A DNA stretch of 63,754 bases, filler included, from Olpidium bornovanus S191 (GCA_017911155.1; 31 parts of 31 records of this genome joined end to end with filler, not necessarily neighbours in it); one strand, 5' to 3'. Positions 40,598 through 53,379 are shown, counted from the first letter of the whole stretch. The notes: generated from the letters alone by a model not told the origin. Translations and numbers: made by a program.

Positions 40598-40910
40598 GTT
40601 TTTTGCCCCCGTTCTTCATCCCCCGCCGCCACCCCCACGCGTCGCCCGCCCGCCCCCCCTCTTCGCCCCCGCCCCCGCGCAGCGCTTCGTCCTCCGTCCG
40701 GCTTGCCTGGCCCTCCCCCCCTCCCCAACACAGAAAGAGAGACTTATTCTAGAGTGGAAAGAGATAGCGCCGATGGACGCACCCCTCCAAGGAGAAAGAG
40801 AGACAGCGAGAGAGAAACAAAGAAAATCTTCCTGTTTCCGCCCGCGTCCGCGAGTCCTGCGTCCTGCCTACCTGCCGGGCTCCCTTTCCTGGGCCCCGAA
40901 CTTGATCATC

Positions 40911-40973
<63 letters not shown>

Positions 40974-40979
40974 ACCCCC

Positions 40980-41027
<48 letters not shown>

Positions 41028-41759
41028 CCCCCCCCCCCCCCCCCCCCCCCCCTCCCCCCCCCCAAAAGGCCCAAAAGCTGCAGATGACCCCGCAAATACC
41101 TCGAACAACTTGAGAACTGCTTTTTTCTCCCAAAAGAGGCTTTGAATTTTGCGACATTTCAGGTGGAACCGTTCGATTATGCGTGGGCTCCTCAACAACG
41201 CCACATGCGGGCCCAGTGGGCCAGGAGGTTCCCCGGCTGAACCTACCAAAACGTCCCCGTCTTCTCACGCGAAAAAAAAAAACGGACCGCTTTTCTCCCT
41301 TCCCCGCCCAAGCAACCAAGTAAGGATTCTATGCCTTCACAATTAGAGTCATCGAACCTAGCCGACCGCAACAGGAGCACAGACCAGAGAGCATGGTCAG
41401 GCAGGTGGGTGAGCAGCTGAGACGCTCTTCAGAAGAAAAAGAAACAAGTCCTTAGCTTGTCTGAGAGCCGAGGCACGCCACGGTTTCTCCAGTTAGCACT
41501 GTTTGAACCATGGAGGTCAACTTTGAACACTCGCGGCTCATCCAATAGAGTACCAGACCAGGCTGGTTCTGATCTCATTCGAAAGGGGCAGCGACCAGCC
41601 GAGCTGCTGCGGCCGTCTTTGCAGCACCTCCGCCAAACCCGGGCCCGCAAGTGTTCCCGCCGGCAGCGTTGCGCATGCTGCAAAACACCAACGATAGCAT
41701 CACGCCGGGTGAAATTGCCGACTTGAGCCGCTGGTATAATTAGACATTTGGAATAGCCG

Positions 41760-42400
41760 AAAATGATCACCACACGGTCCAGCCCGCGAAGTTTAAAAGC
41801 TTCTATTGCGGACATGACGTGCGAAGGCAGCCAACCATCATACGTCCGCCCTTTCGTTTTTGCAACCATGGCCCTTTGTACCGACTCTCTCCCACAAATC
41901 CACAGTAAAACGCTGCCCGAGACGATTGTTCTTTCCTTCTCCAGGTCACCAGGAGAAACTCCCAAGGCCTTCAAAAGCCGAAAACAATTACCACAGGGTC
42001 CAGCTCGCGAAGTTCAAGAGCTTTCTTTGCGGACATGACTTGTGAAGGCAACCAACCATCGTACGTCCGGCCCTTTCGCTTTTGCAACCACGGCCCTTTG
42101 TACCGACTTTCTTTCACAAATCTACAGTAAAACGCTGCCCGACACGATTGTTCTTCCCTTCTCCAGGTCACCAGGAGAAACTCCCAAAGCCTTTGAAAGC
42201 CGAAAACAATTACCACAGGGTCCAGCTCGCGAATTTTGCGGACATGACTTGTGAAGGCAACCAACCATCCTACGTCCGCCCTTTCATTTTTGCAACCATG
42301 GCTCTTTGTACCGACTTTCTCCCACAAATCTACAGTAAAACACTGCCCGAAACGATTGTTCTTCCTTTCTCCAGGTTACCAGAAGAAATCCCCAGAGTCC
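41760..42400. repeat. Tandem triplication of a ~209-221 nt unit
   Basis: GCGGACATGAC anchors at 41808, 42029 and 42238. Copies are highly similar (CAACCATC.TACGTCC, CAGTAAAAC.CTGCCCGA, TTCTCCAGGT.ACCAG). Confidence 0.95.
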
Positions 42401-42697
42401 CTTCGACTACCTAAATAATTTTTTTCTTTCCTTGACATGCTGCTTATGCTGTTTATCCGGGTTCGCTTGAAGCACGTGTGAAGGTGGCGGCAAGTCTCTT
42501 CAGTTCTTTTATTGCGTTCAGTCTGGGATAGGGTGGAAGTGTTTCCTACGAGAGACGACGTATACACTCACAAAATAAACCTCACGAATGCATGTAANNN
42601 NNNNNNNNNNNNNNNNNNNNNNNNNNNNNNNNNNNNNNNNNTTAATTAATTAANNNNNNNNNNNNNNNNNNNNNNNNNNNNNNNNNNNNNNNNNNNN

Positions 42698-44590
42698 GCG
42701 TCATGGGCGTAGAAGGGGTATGCAGGATCTTTGCGATATACTGGGAGGTAATTCCAGCCAAGGTGCTGTCCGATTTCGTCAATTACATCCTCGGCGAGAT
42801 GGCATACGACTCGAGGTCGGTAGTTGAGCAATTTGAGGTGGTGTGAATCTGCAAACGGCTAAAGTCGATGTGGGCGACAAACTGTATAAAGCTCGAGCGC
42901 AGTGCGTGTCTCTGTCTGCCAAGGCATGACGTACCTGTTGCAAAACATGGTATTGTCTTCCGCGATGCTGAAAAGTAAATAACCATTGGCTGTCCGCTTT
43001 GTCATGGCTAAGCTATAAGAGAAGAGCGTCGATGCCGCGTCTGCCTGACGCGACTGCCTGACGCGAACTGTTAACCGATCTTTAGCCAAACTCCCCGCCC
43101 TTTCTCGGCTTCTACACGACACTGCGGAAAAGGTTCGGCTGGCTTTCCTCGACATGCTCATAGCTATTAACGGGATCAAGGACCTGAAGTGAGTGACGCC
43201 GTGCCCAGCGGAGAAATGTCCACATTTTGCGCCCGCCCACTGAGGCCGCGAACGCGCGACACGAAAACTCGGCGCAGGTTCTACGAGGTTGTGGACATTG
43301 GCAACATCCTCGCCAGGCTTGCGCAGGACTCGCCCAACGTGTGCAAGCGGATTACGGTCCTGCTCGTTGGATCATTTTTCTCTCCCAAGAAGAGCGTTTC
43401 AGTCCAGATCGAGCGCTGCCGTTCCCTGTTGAAGCTCAACAGGAGGGCGGCGAGGGTGTATTACTTTTACGTGTCCAAGACTGTCCCTTTAGAAGTTGGT
43501 GAGGGGCATTTGGGTGACGAGCACAGTTATTCCACGAGCGGGCCACGGATGTTTGATTGTTTGGTGTTACCGCTTCTGCCGCTGGATCCTTGGTTGGGAG
43601 TTCAGTGTCCAAGTTTATCATCGGTTTATATGAACTGTTGAGATCGGGCGTCGCGCCGGACGAGCTGGTTACCGGCCCTCCGAGGTTGAAGCGGAAGGCA
43701 GGTAGGCAGCGCACGGGTAAAGGAAAGGACAAAGTGACCGAGGCGGACAGGGATTGTAAGTTCAGGAAATGATATCGCGCGCGAGAGCCTCATCGACGGA
43801 ACTGAGATCGCGTCCACGGTACTTTTTATCGGATCGTGAAGGTGCGCTGATGGCCAAGACGCATTTCGACGAATTCTGGGAAGTAATTGCGATCCTGTTG
43901 AATGGATGCTCCGCGGCCCTTAAGAAGGCGCCCGAAATCCAGGTATGCTGAGGAATCCGGTTTCCCGCCGCTGTTGCGCGCGCAATTCACCCCAAACGTG
44001 CAATCGGCTTACCAAAATTCCGCAAAGAGGGAATTATTCGCGGCGCTCTCCGCACTCCCGCTCGACCGCCATCTGAACGAATGCTCGACGGCCGCCGGCC
44101 GTTCCGCTGTCTACGCCGTCGGTCAACATTTGCCCGAGGACGTCAGCGGTTGCTTGGACGACGCGCCGGTGTCTCTCGACACGTCCGCAGCCTGCCTTTC
44201 TGACCCTCGGCAGCTCAAGCGCGTCGCGCGCGAAGTGTTAGCTCTGCTGTCGTCGAGTCCGCTTGCAGCGGAAGAGCCGGCAAGCGGAAGCCGTCGGAAG
44301 GTGAAACGACGGAAGGGTCCACGGTCGGCTGCCGGTAGTGCGGATGATCACGCGACGGGACTGAAGGCCATGAGTTACCTGAACGTCGTGCTGGTGGGTT
44401 CATTGACGGCGGCGGCTGCGCGCTATTTCCACCGGTTTGCCTTTGAAAAAAAAAATGCGTACCTGATTATGGGGCGCGCGCGCACACACACAACATCACG
44501 CGGCTTCTTCCTTAGGCTGACGGCTCCGTGCGCGCGTCGTTCGTCGCCCTACCCGAGTCTCTTGCAATAGCCCGCATGCTTGCGAAGTCC
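42698..44590 (+). CDS. NCAPG2: Condensin II subunit CAP-G2 (internal/C-terminal fragment, spliced)
   Basis: GVEGVCRIFAIYWEVIPAKVLSDFVNYILGEMAYDS|SSAVRVSVCQGMTYLLQN, LHDTAEKVRLAFLDML, FYEVVDIGNILARLAQDSPNVCKRITVLL and ERCRSLLKLNRRAARVYY are collinear with animal NCAPG2 as I recall it (GVCKITSKYWEMMP, ELAFDTSSADVR, LHDNSEKVRVAFVDML, ERCVTLVQMNHAAARRFY). Confidence 0.88.
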
Positions 44591-46541
44591 GTAGTGATGT
44601 TTGAGGCGTTTTTCTTGGAAGAAGCAGGTGCGACTGATGGTGGAAGGCTTCCCCCTCACTCCCCCCCCCACCGCATCCCTTTTTGGGCTTCCATGCGGGA
44701 AAATAATTCCCAAACCGTTAGGTTAGGGTCTCACAGGACTTGCTATCTTTTTATTTTGTGCATTCTTTTTATTTTGTGCATCATTTCCAAAGCCGTTAGG
44801 TTAGGGTTTTACNNNNNNNNNNNNNNNNNNNNNNNNNNNNNNNNNNNNNNNNNNNNTTAATTAATTAANNNNNNNNNNNNNNNNNNNNNNNNNNNNNNNN
44901 NNNNNNNNNNNNCATGCGTCGAGGCCCGCGGCATCGCGGCCATCACGGCGGACGGGGATTTCCTCAAGCAATGAATCTCCGTCGAAGGGTGGACAGTCCG
45001 GGCTTAAGTCGCCAAATTTTTTGAAACAAGAATTGTTATTTACGGTTTTTCTTCCGGACAACAGGGATATAACGGGCACGGGCGCGACCTCAGCTCCGTC
45101 CTCCCCGGACAGATCAATTCACTTCTCGATTACTCAATGATCACAGTACTGTATCAGCGGCATGTATACAAGTATGTAAAAGCTGTACATGAAGCAACAG
45201 GGGGTGCGAAACGGACAGGGTTCACTGCGATAGGTCGCGCCTGGAACAGCAAAAGCTGTAACCGGCGGATTATTGCGAAGGCAAAAACGCACCTTGCTCG
45301 GGCTGGTTCGTTTTGCGCTTGCAGGCACCTGTGAATCTTCCATTCTTCGACACATACATCTTTTGGATTTGTTCCACGGCTGGCAGAGCGCGCCCGGCAC
45401 AGGGGCAAGGCGCGGGAGACGCGGCGGCGTTGGCCGCCGACGACCCGGGCCGCGGTCGTCTTGCCACGGGCCGCCGTGGGCTGGTCAGGGCAGCCCACGG
45501 CGCGTTCTCGGCGTGTTCCTGCGACGGTGGTTGCGGCGCGAGGACTGGAGAGCCCTCTGGCGTGCGGGGTCGGGACGCGCGAGGTTGCTAAGCAACCGAC
45601 AAGTTCGGGGGGTGTTGGTTCCTCGTGTTTCTTCGTTCTGGGAACGCCGCGCGCGCATTCGTCCAGTTTAATTAGCAGGCTTCCGTTCCAACCGGTCCCG
45701 GCGGTTCCAAGACGATCACGGGGAGCACACCCGCTTGGGGCGAACCCTCAACTCCCTTTCCCGTCTGCCAAGCCCGCCCACGGCCTCCCTTGCAACCGCG
45801 TGCCCCTCCAGGTATGGGGCGGCCGGCTCACGTCGCCCTTGCCGCACGGGCGCGGGACTCGCCGACAGAGCGTGTGGGCCTCCTTTGCCGCCGGCTTTTT
45901 CCCCGTCGGAAACGCGGCGCCGCCGGAATTCCCAGGGCGGCCCGCTTTCCAGGAAAGATGCTGACGTTTTTGGGCACAGTTCGCGCACCAGGGCATCGCG
46001 CATTTTTGACCCCGGCCCATCCGGCGGGGAAAAGGGGAGGGGGAAAAGCGGGGACCCCGCCGCCGCCGCCGCCTTCTCCTCCTCGCCCGTTCTCCCCTTT
46101 CCTGCGATGCTAGAGCCTTCGTGATGCTTAATGCCCGTCGCCACCACCACCACCACCACTACCACCACGCGCAAAACGTCAGAATCACGACGACGAGGGC
46201 GTTTGGCGAACTGAAGCCACCCGCGTGCGGGCAGAACTGGCCCCTGCACCTGTGCCCGGTGCCGCCCAGTCCGCCAGCCGTCGGCTCCAGGAGCGTCCGC
46301 CCGAGGAAGTGCCGGACGCCCATGCAGTCGCCCGCGTCGGAGGAGTCTCCGATTCTCAAGAAGCTGCCGAGGAAAGCCAAGAGCCTCAGCGACATAAAGG
46401 GCCTGAAGATCGAAACGACGATCGCGCCGAAGAAGAAAGGGNNNNNNNNNNNNNNNNNNNNNNNNNNNNNNNNNNNNNNNNNNNNTTAATTAATTAANNN
46501 NNNNNNNNNNNNNNNNNNNNNNNNNNNNNNNNNNNNNNNNN

Positions 46542-46745
46542 CATGGGGTGGATCACGGCGAGTTCGGAAAGCACAAAAAAGAAACGACGGCTCCCCACTT
46601 CGCCACGGGCCTGTAGGCGTCGCGCGATTTTTCCACCTCGGCAGACGTTTGGTTCGCCAGGGTCAGCTTCTGGGCGATCTCCACCGCCTTCGTCTTCGTG
46701 CTCTCCAGCGTCTGGATGAACTCGATGTTGCTTTCGCTCCCTGTC
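46542..46745 (-). pseudogene. Axonemal dynein heavy chain fragment (DNAH10-like) with a frameshift
   Basis: IEFIQTLESTKTKAVEIAQKLTLANQTSAEVEKSRDAYRPVAKWGAVV, then a +2 frameshift in a T-run, then FFVLSELAVIHPM. This matches the dynein post-stalk motif TLEETKxKAxExxEKL...YRPxAxRGAxLFFVLSE. Confidence 0.7.
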
Positions 46746-47070
46746 GGGAGAACCCGCTGACGGCAAGGAAACGCAGTCACGGCGATCAATTTGCGAGAGA
46801 GCGACTCTCGCGACACTTTTCACGCACGCGCCACGTCCGCCTCGGTGACCCTCCGCGAGGAAGTTCTGGTTCAGCCTCCTTAGACTCTCGCCGTTTCCCA
46901 AGAACTCGAGCAGCATCGCGTCGACCTTCCAAACCTGCCGCGCCCATCAGAGGACCGGGGCACGTCGATGAGCGATCGCGCGCAGCGCGGGGGGGGGGGG
47001 GGGGGGGAGGGGGGGGGGTCGGGGTGAAGGGGGGGTTCGGATTGAAGGGGGGGGTTCTGGGTGAAGGGGG

Positions 47071-47158
<88 letters not shown>

Positions 47159-48308
47159 AGGGAAGGAGGCTCGCGGCTTTGAGGCAGGTATCCGTGCGCA
47201 GGCGGCAGGCGTCGCGTCGAGGTCGTCGGAATCGCAGTGATCGTCGGCGGCCGAACCGTCCGCGAGGAGCGGAGCCTCCGCAACCGAAGGTGTCTTCAGC
47301 GTCTCCCCGTCCAAGGCGCGGATGGCCTACGGCTGGGGAAACGGGAAAACCGCCGTCTTTTGCGTCGCGGCATCGGCGCCGGGGCCGCGTGTGTTTCAGA
47401 GCATCGCATCAAAGTGTTTGAGAGAAGACGCGGAACGATTCTAAAAAAAAAGAAAAAATCATACGGCCGCAGGCGTCGATGGGATCTCTCGCGGCCGGCC
47501 CGCGCGCGCTCCACCTCACCGTCGTCTCCTCGCTCTCGGAAGCCAAAAAATTGTCCTGTTCTCCCCCCATCCCCTCCAACTGAACTGTGGAAGTTTCCTT
47601 CCGGCAAGGCTTTGCCGCGCTGCCAGAATCGAAGCGACCGCTCGCGGCACTCGGGCCCAGAATGCCGGCCGTCCTGGGACGCCGGTTCCCGCCCGTGAGG
47701 GCCGAAAGACGCCCGCCGTACTGCCCGGGGGGAAGGGAGGGTGGGAAGAGGATGAGCGCACGGGCCACAAAAAAAACGGCGGGTCGCGGCCTTTTCCCTC
47801 CCCCAACAACCCGAAACGCGCCGTTTTCGTCGCCGAAAGTTTCTTTTTTTAGTTCCGACGGGGCCGGCAACGCGGCGCTCGCCGTTTTCTCCGCTGCGGC
47901 GATCACCTCGGCCCATCAAACTGGGGCTGTGGGAAAAAAAAAAACGTGGTCGGAAGGGCGCACGCGTCGCAGCCTCCTGTCGCCCCCCTGCCAAAGGCGC
48001 CGCTTCCCTCCCCACGAGACCTGCTCCCTCCAGGTCGCTTTGGCTACTGAAACGCGTACTGCAGAACAAAAAACGACACAAAAAGTACATGAAAAATACC
48101 AAAGAAGAGCGGTCTTACACGCGCGCCCCCTCGGATAGGCACCGCTACCCCGGACAAACCAAAGGAAGCCCTCTTCTACAACGAGCAAATGATCGTGCTA
48201 ACGAGGGANNNNNNNNNNNNNNNNNNNNNNNNNNNNNNNNNNNNNNNNNNNNTTAATTAATTAANNNNNNNNNNNNNNNNNNNNNNNNNNNNNNNNNNNN
48301 NNNNNNNN

Positions 48309-48348
<40 letters not shown>

Positions 48349-49690
48349 TCGCCGCTAATGCGCACGCCCCGCCTCCCGCCCCGCGCGGACAGACCTTTCC
48401 CCGTTTCCTTCCTTTCCCCCCCCTTCCCGGCCGCGATTCCGACTCGCTGTCACGGCTGGCCTTTACCATGACCACACTGCGTGAGTTCCAACTTCCAGGA
48501 TGCGTGGGGTTGCTGCCGACGGTTCTAACGGCGTCTTCAAACCGCATAGACGTCATGCCCTGCTTCCCCGGACGACCATGTTCGGTTCATTGGACGAGGC
48601 AGACGCTAAAATTCAGAAGTTCGCTTTTTGGCGAGGCTAGGCTGTGTCGCGTTTGCGAACAAAAATGACAAAGACAGCAAGACCAGGAAAGGCCGGCGGG
48701 CGTGCATTCTTCGCCACAGCTACCAAAACAACTATGAATACCTTACAGATGTGACAACGAAAAATGAAGATGAGCACGCTCCACTCCGGTGTCGGGAAAC
48801 TTCCGCCTCCGACGGGGGGTTTGGCAGGGTTCGACGGGCAGCTATGGGCTGTCCTACGTGCCCACTTGGCCGTAGATACGGGTGACCGCGGGGCACGGAA
48901 CCTCCCTCCTTGCGGCCTTCGAAGCCTTTTATAGAGCGACCCCCGGCCCGTCCTTCCTTCTCTCTGGCTCTACCCTCCAACCGCAGAAGCTCAAGGCACA
49001 ATCTGAATCTGAGACAGATCAAACGAGCACGCTGGAGACTTCTGCACGAAACGTCGATATCGAGAATATCCCAACCGCCCGTCCGAGGGCGTCGCAGTCG
49101 CAGGCGGCTGGAACTAGGCTATCCCGGGAGCTCTCGGAGGACCATCGGACGTCTTCAAAGACGGGATGTTGTTTATTGTTTGTCGTGCGCGAGAGGGAGG
49201 GTAGATGAGAAACGGGGGGCAGGCGTAGAAGCTGGAAGTTTCACCCAGTTCCGTCGTGTTCTGGCATTGGGACACGCGATGAACGCCCGGTGGACGTGCC
49301 GATCTGTGGCGAGCCGAGCACGTTGACCGGGGGAAAGGGTGTCCGCGTTGTCGCAACGCAGCGGCCAACCCCGGGAGACAGAGACGGGGATGGACGACCT
49401 TAGGTACTGGACTCTACTGATCGGCGAAGAATAACCGTCTGGTTCTTCTGGCCATTCTATGGCACGGGCTCCCCGGCGAACGCGGATGGCGCCGACAGCG
49501 CGACGTCGCCTCGTCCGGGGCGCGGGCGATGTGCGCGCGCGTGGCCTCCCGCTTTTCCTCCCCCTTTTTTGTTTTTTTTTTCTTTTTTTTNNNNNNNNNN
49601 NNNNNNNNNNNNNNNNNNNNNNNNNNNNNNNNNNTTAATTAATTAANNNNNNNNNNNNNNNNNNNNNNNNNNNNNNNNNNNNNNNNNNNN

Positions 49691-50639
49691 CATGGGCAAA
49701 CAAGGGATCATTGTCGTATATCCTTATCTTGGATATCGCCTCCTCCAGCGAGTTGAGACGATACAGCAAGTCAAAGAAATCACCAGGGAAGTCGACGACG
49801 CTTTGCGCGTTGTAGAGTTCCGAGAGGCACCTGGACAGCTCGTCTGCCGCGGAAAACAGCAATTCGCGAACAGCCTCGTTCGTGAGCTGCGCTTGGCGAT
49901 TCCGACGGCCGCTGCCAGCCGGGCGAAGTATGTCGGGCATTGGCAAGCGATGCACTATTCCTCGGTGATATTCGCTGACATTATCGCTTGCTGGTACTCC
50001 GGCAAACACTTGGTCCCGGATGACTCTGTAGAATCCCCACAATCTCTCCACGCGAGCCTGTGCGCCGTCGCGGAGGACATGAACATGAACATCGCCATCG
50101 GTTTCGAAGTTCTCCATGTCGCCGTTGGTTTCGAAGTTCTTCATGTTGAATTGTAAGGGAGCCTGTACATCGAGTTGAATGATATCGCCGGCATTGTTCG
50201 AGGATATCAAGCTGGTCAGTCGGCGTAGGGAGTCCACTGCAAAAAATTCATAACCAAGTGCGAGTTCGCCGCGTCTGAGCAAGTTGAGTACTGCTTGACG
50301 GTCATCGCGCAGGTCGGCGGAAAGAAAGCCGTTTCGGCGATCAACGAAGTGAATATAACCGGGGGCGAGTATCGTAAACTCTGGGTTTGCAGCTCGCATT
50401 CTGTCGGAGCCCGGATGGGGAGGGTTCTCAAAGTTCTTGGCGATGAAGTTCACGGTCAATTTCGCCAGGTCGATATGTTCCCGGATGGCGCCCAAAAGGA
50501 CGCGGCTCCAGTATCCCGGGGAGGCCGGATCGGGGCCTCCGTGACTGGCCGGAGAGAACGCGGAGCCGACAGGCGGGACGTCGGCGACGACCACCAGGAG
50601 GGCGGCGACGAGCGCCAGGAGAGAAGCGGAGAGCTTCAT
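49691..50639 (-). CDS. Orphan secreted protein, candidate effector (3' truncated)
   Basis: ATG at 50639; MKLSASLLALVAALLVVVA is a clear signal peptide. At least 316 uninterrupted codons, no intron, no recognised domain. Confidence 0.75.
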
Positions 50640-50855
50640 GGGTCGTTTAAGGCGGGAGCAGCGAGGACCAGTGATTTGCCGGCGAAAGGGCCGAGGAGGG
50701 GTGGCGGCCAACCTTCAGGCCGTTCCGCCCGTCGCTTTTTAAGCGCGCCGGGGGGNNNNNNNNNNNNNNNNNNNNNNNNNNNNNNNNNNNNNNNNNNNNT
50801 TAATTAATTAANNNNNNNNNNNNNNNNNNNNNNNNNNNNNNNNNNNNNNNNNNNN

Positions 50856-52639
50856 AGCACCGGAGCGGCGAGTTCTCCTGCCGCGGATCCACTTGGGACC
50901 AGAGTTCCGGCGAAGCGGAGCGGCGGCCGGGGGCGGGGGAAGAAGCACTGTCGGCCGTTACAGCCGGCGGGGCATGCGGCGGCAGGGCGAGGGCGCCTCC
51001 TGAGTGCGAAGGCGACGGCGGTCCGGCCGATATGGCTTTCTCGGGCGAATTTGAAAGGCTTGGCCGCGACGCTCCGGAAGGTGGAGGTTCGGCAAGCAGA
51101 CGCGGCTGCGGAGTTTCGACCGACGCCAACAGTTGCCCGGTCTGACGCGACGGTGGCAGGATTTCGCGAGGTAGCGCCGGAGGTTCCTTGTGCATCGGCG
51201 TCGACGGCGCGGCCGCCCTATGGGGAAACAGAAGAAAAGGCGACGGCGACCGCGGCACTGGACCCGGGGTATCAGACCGGCCAAAAGTTAATTCTAAAAT
51301 CGGAGTGACAGAAGCGGGGCACGGGCGCGAGAGCATCTCCTCGACAAGACGGGGACAAACGGGACGGCAGCCTACATTCTCTCCGCCGTGTCTCCTTGAC
51401 CACGCCTCGGTTCAGACCCTCGGAGCCCTTCTTGGCGGCTGCGGCCGTCGAATCGCGTGCCGAACAAGCAACCGGCAGAGCAAACGGCGTTGTCCGCGCC
51501 TCAAGGATTCGGACCGCGGCCGTCGTGTCCCGCTGCAGCCGCCGTTTGGGCGCTTTCGTGACGGCCGGCTTCTGCGGCGGCTTCCCCGCACAAGCTTCTG
51601 TTCCGTTCGCCGGCAGCGGACGCGCTCCTTCGGCCCGCAACGACATCCCTTTGCCGGCGAGTCCTCCCGGGAACTTGCCCGGCGATCCAACCGCCGAACT
51701 CCTTTTCACCCCTCGCGTCTCGCGCCGCAACTCAGCCGGCGGTGAGGATGTCCTCTTCCTCACGCGGTTGACGCGCCCCAGCGGCGGCGGCGGCGGCGAC
51801 GCCGTTCCCGATTCTCTCCCGCACGCGGGGTACGGTCCTTCCTGGAAGCGGACGACGGCGCGCTCCTTCGCGCTCGCACCGTTGCTCGGGACCTCCGAAG
51901 TCGCGGAACAGGTCGCGTCCTCTGTCCGGCGGAAAGGCGCGGCGCCTCCTGCCGCCGGACGTTCCGCGCCCCGCCGCGACGCGGCGGTCGGCCCAACCGG
52001 CGCACGGCCCTCCTCGACCGCTGCTGCCCGCGCGCGCTCGGAAGCGCGGCCGACCGCATCCTCGACCGCCGCAATGCGACGACCGTCCGCGAGCCCCCGG
52101 TCCGGACGAAGCCGGGACGACGGCCAGGGCTGAACTGCTCCCGAGAACCAGGTGCACTAGGAAACGAACGAAGTGAGACGACGACCAAAACTTTTGTTTT
52201 TGGTTTTTTTTTTGGCGCTCACTTCTTAGTTGGCGGCGTCGAGGGGAATACAGGAGACAAAAGGCGGGGTCCTTCCTTCTCGTACCAGAAGCGGCAGTGA
52301 ACTCCCTGCCGCGCACAAGCGCGCGAGAAACTCGACCCTCTGTTTCCTCGCATCCCTCCGCTGGCGCCGGACCTGTCCATTGGAACATATAACGCCGGAG
52401 GCCGGTTTGTGAGGGAAGAGGGTGAAGAGGAGGTTTGGCGTCAGCGGTTGCGCAGTATCAAACAGGGCGGCGCGCAGGGGCCCGCGAAGCGCCCGACCGC
52501 ATTGGGCACGCAGCGTTGGTCGCGGGCCGGCGGGGGGAAGGGATCCTCGGCGCACCTTGCTGTGGTCGTCGGTGTCCAGGCCGCTGTCCGACGACTGCGA
52601 GTCGCTGGCGATCACCGACACAGTCACGTCGGCCGCCAT
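50856..52639 (-). CDS. Hypothetical low-complexity spliced protein
   Basis: ATG at 52639 (MAADVTVSVIASDSQSSDSGLDTDDHSK) with donor GTGCGC, and a further donor GTGAGC near 52222. Long P/A/S/R-rich open frames lie downstream. Exon structure not resolved. Confidence 0.35.
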
Positions 52640-53379
52640 CGGCGTTTTTTTTTTTTTTTTTTTTTTGCGTTCTCCCCCCGACTACCGTCTTCGCGTTCTC
52701 TCCCTTTTTTTTTTTTTTTTTTTTTTTTGGCGGGTGGGGGGAACGCTCCGTTGTCTACCCCCCTTCGCCTGCTCTCGCCCCCGTTACCCTCGGGCGAGAA
52801 AATCCCGTCGTTCGCAACGATGCGGCGGCACGGGCGAACGCATGCACATCCGCGCCCAGAAAAGTCGTCGTTGGCGGTCAGATTCCATATGCGCCGTCCG
52901 TCCGGAACAATCTGAACCAAACACCAAAGACGAGCACATTCGATCGTTGTGCCGAACGGTTGGATGACGGGGAGGTCATGGGGATTGGAGAATTTTGGTT
53001 GGCACCACAAGGATTCGCAGATTCTGGATGTCACACGATATTTTGTGTGGCCGAAAAAACAAATGGGAAGGTCACGCTCAGCCGTGCGGTCGGCTGCGGA
53101 GCTTGGTAATTTGCAAGCCAAAACCTCGGCTTGATGTGCAAGCGGAAGGGGCCGTCAATGTGGTGACGGCACAAACCTGACCTACTCAAATCGGCCGCGA
53201 TCAAGGCCCCGCCGTGCCCATCGTCATGTTTCTTTCCAGAAACGTGGTCGCGCTGGCGTTTTGTGGTTAGTCTGGTTCGAAAACGCTCAAGGTTTCCCAC
53301 GGTAATAACTGAAGCTCTGCGTTGTGTGGTTGGCTGAATTTGGCCAAACCATGTCTACAAATTCGAGGCCTCCCTTGGT

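Noticed and set aside
40508-41090. PolyP, polyG and polyF ORFs at contig ends (also 960-1090, 46980-47160 and 56374-56530)
   Set aside because: Translations of homopolymer runs at assembly breakpoints; their lengths are unreliable.
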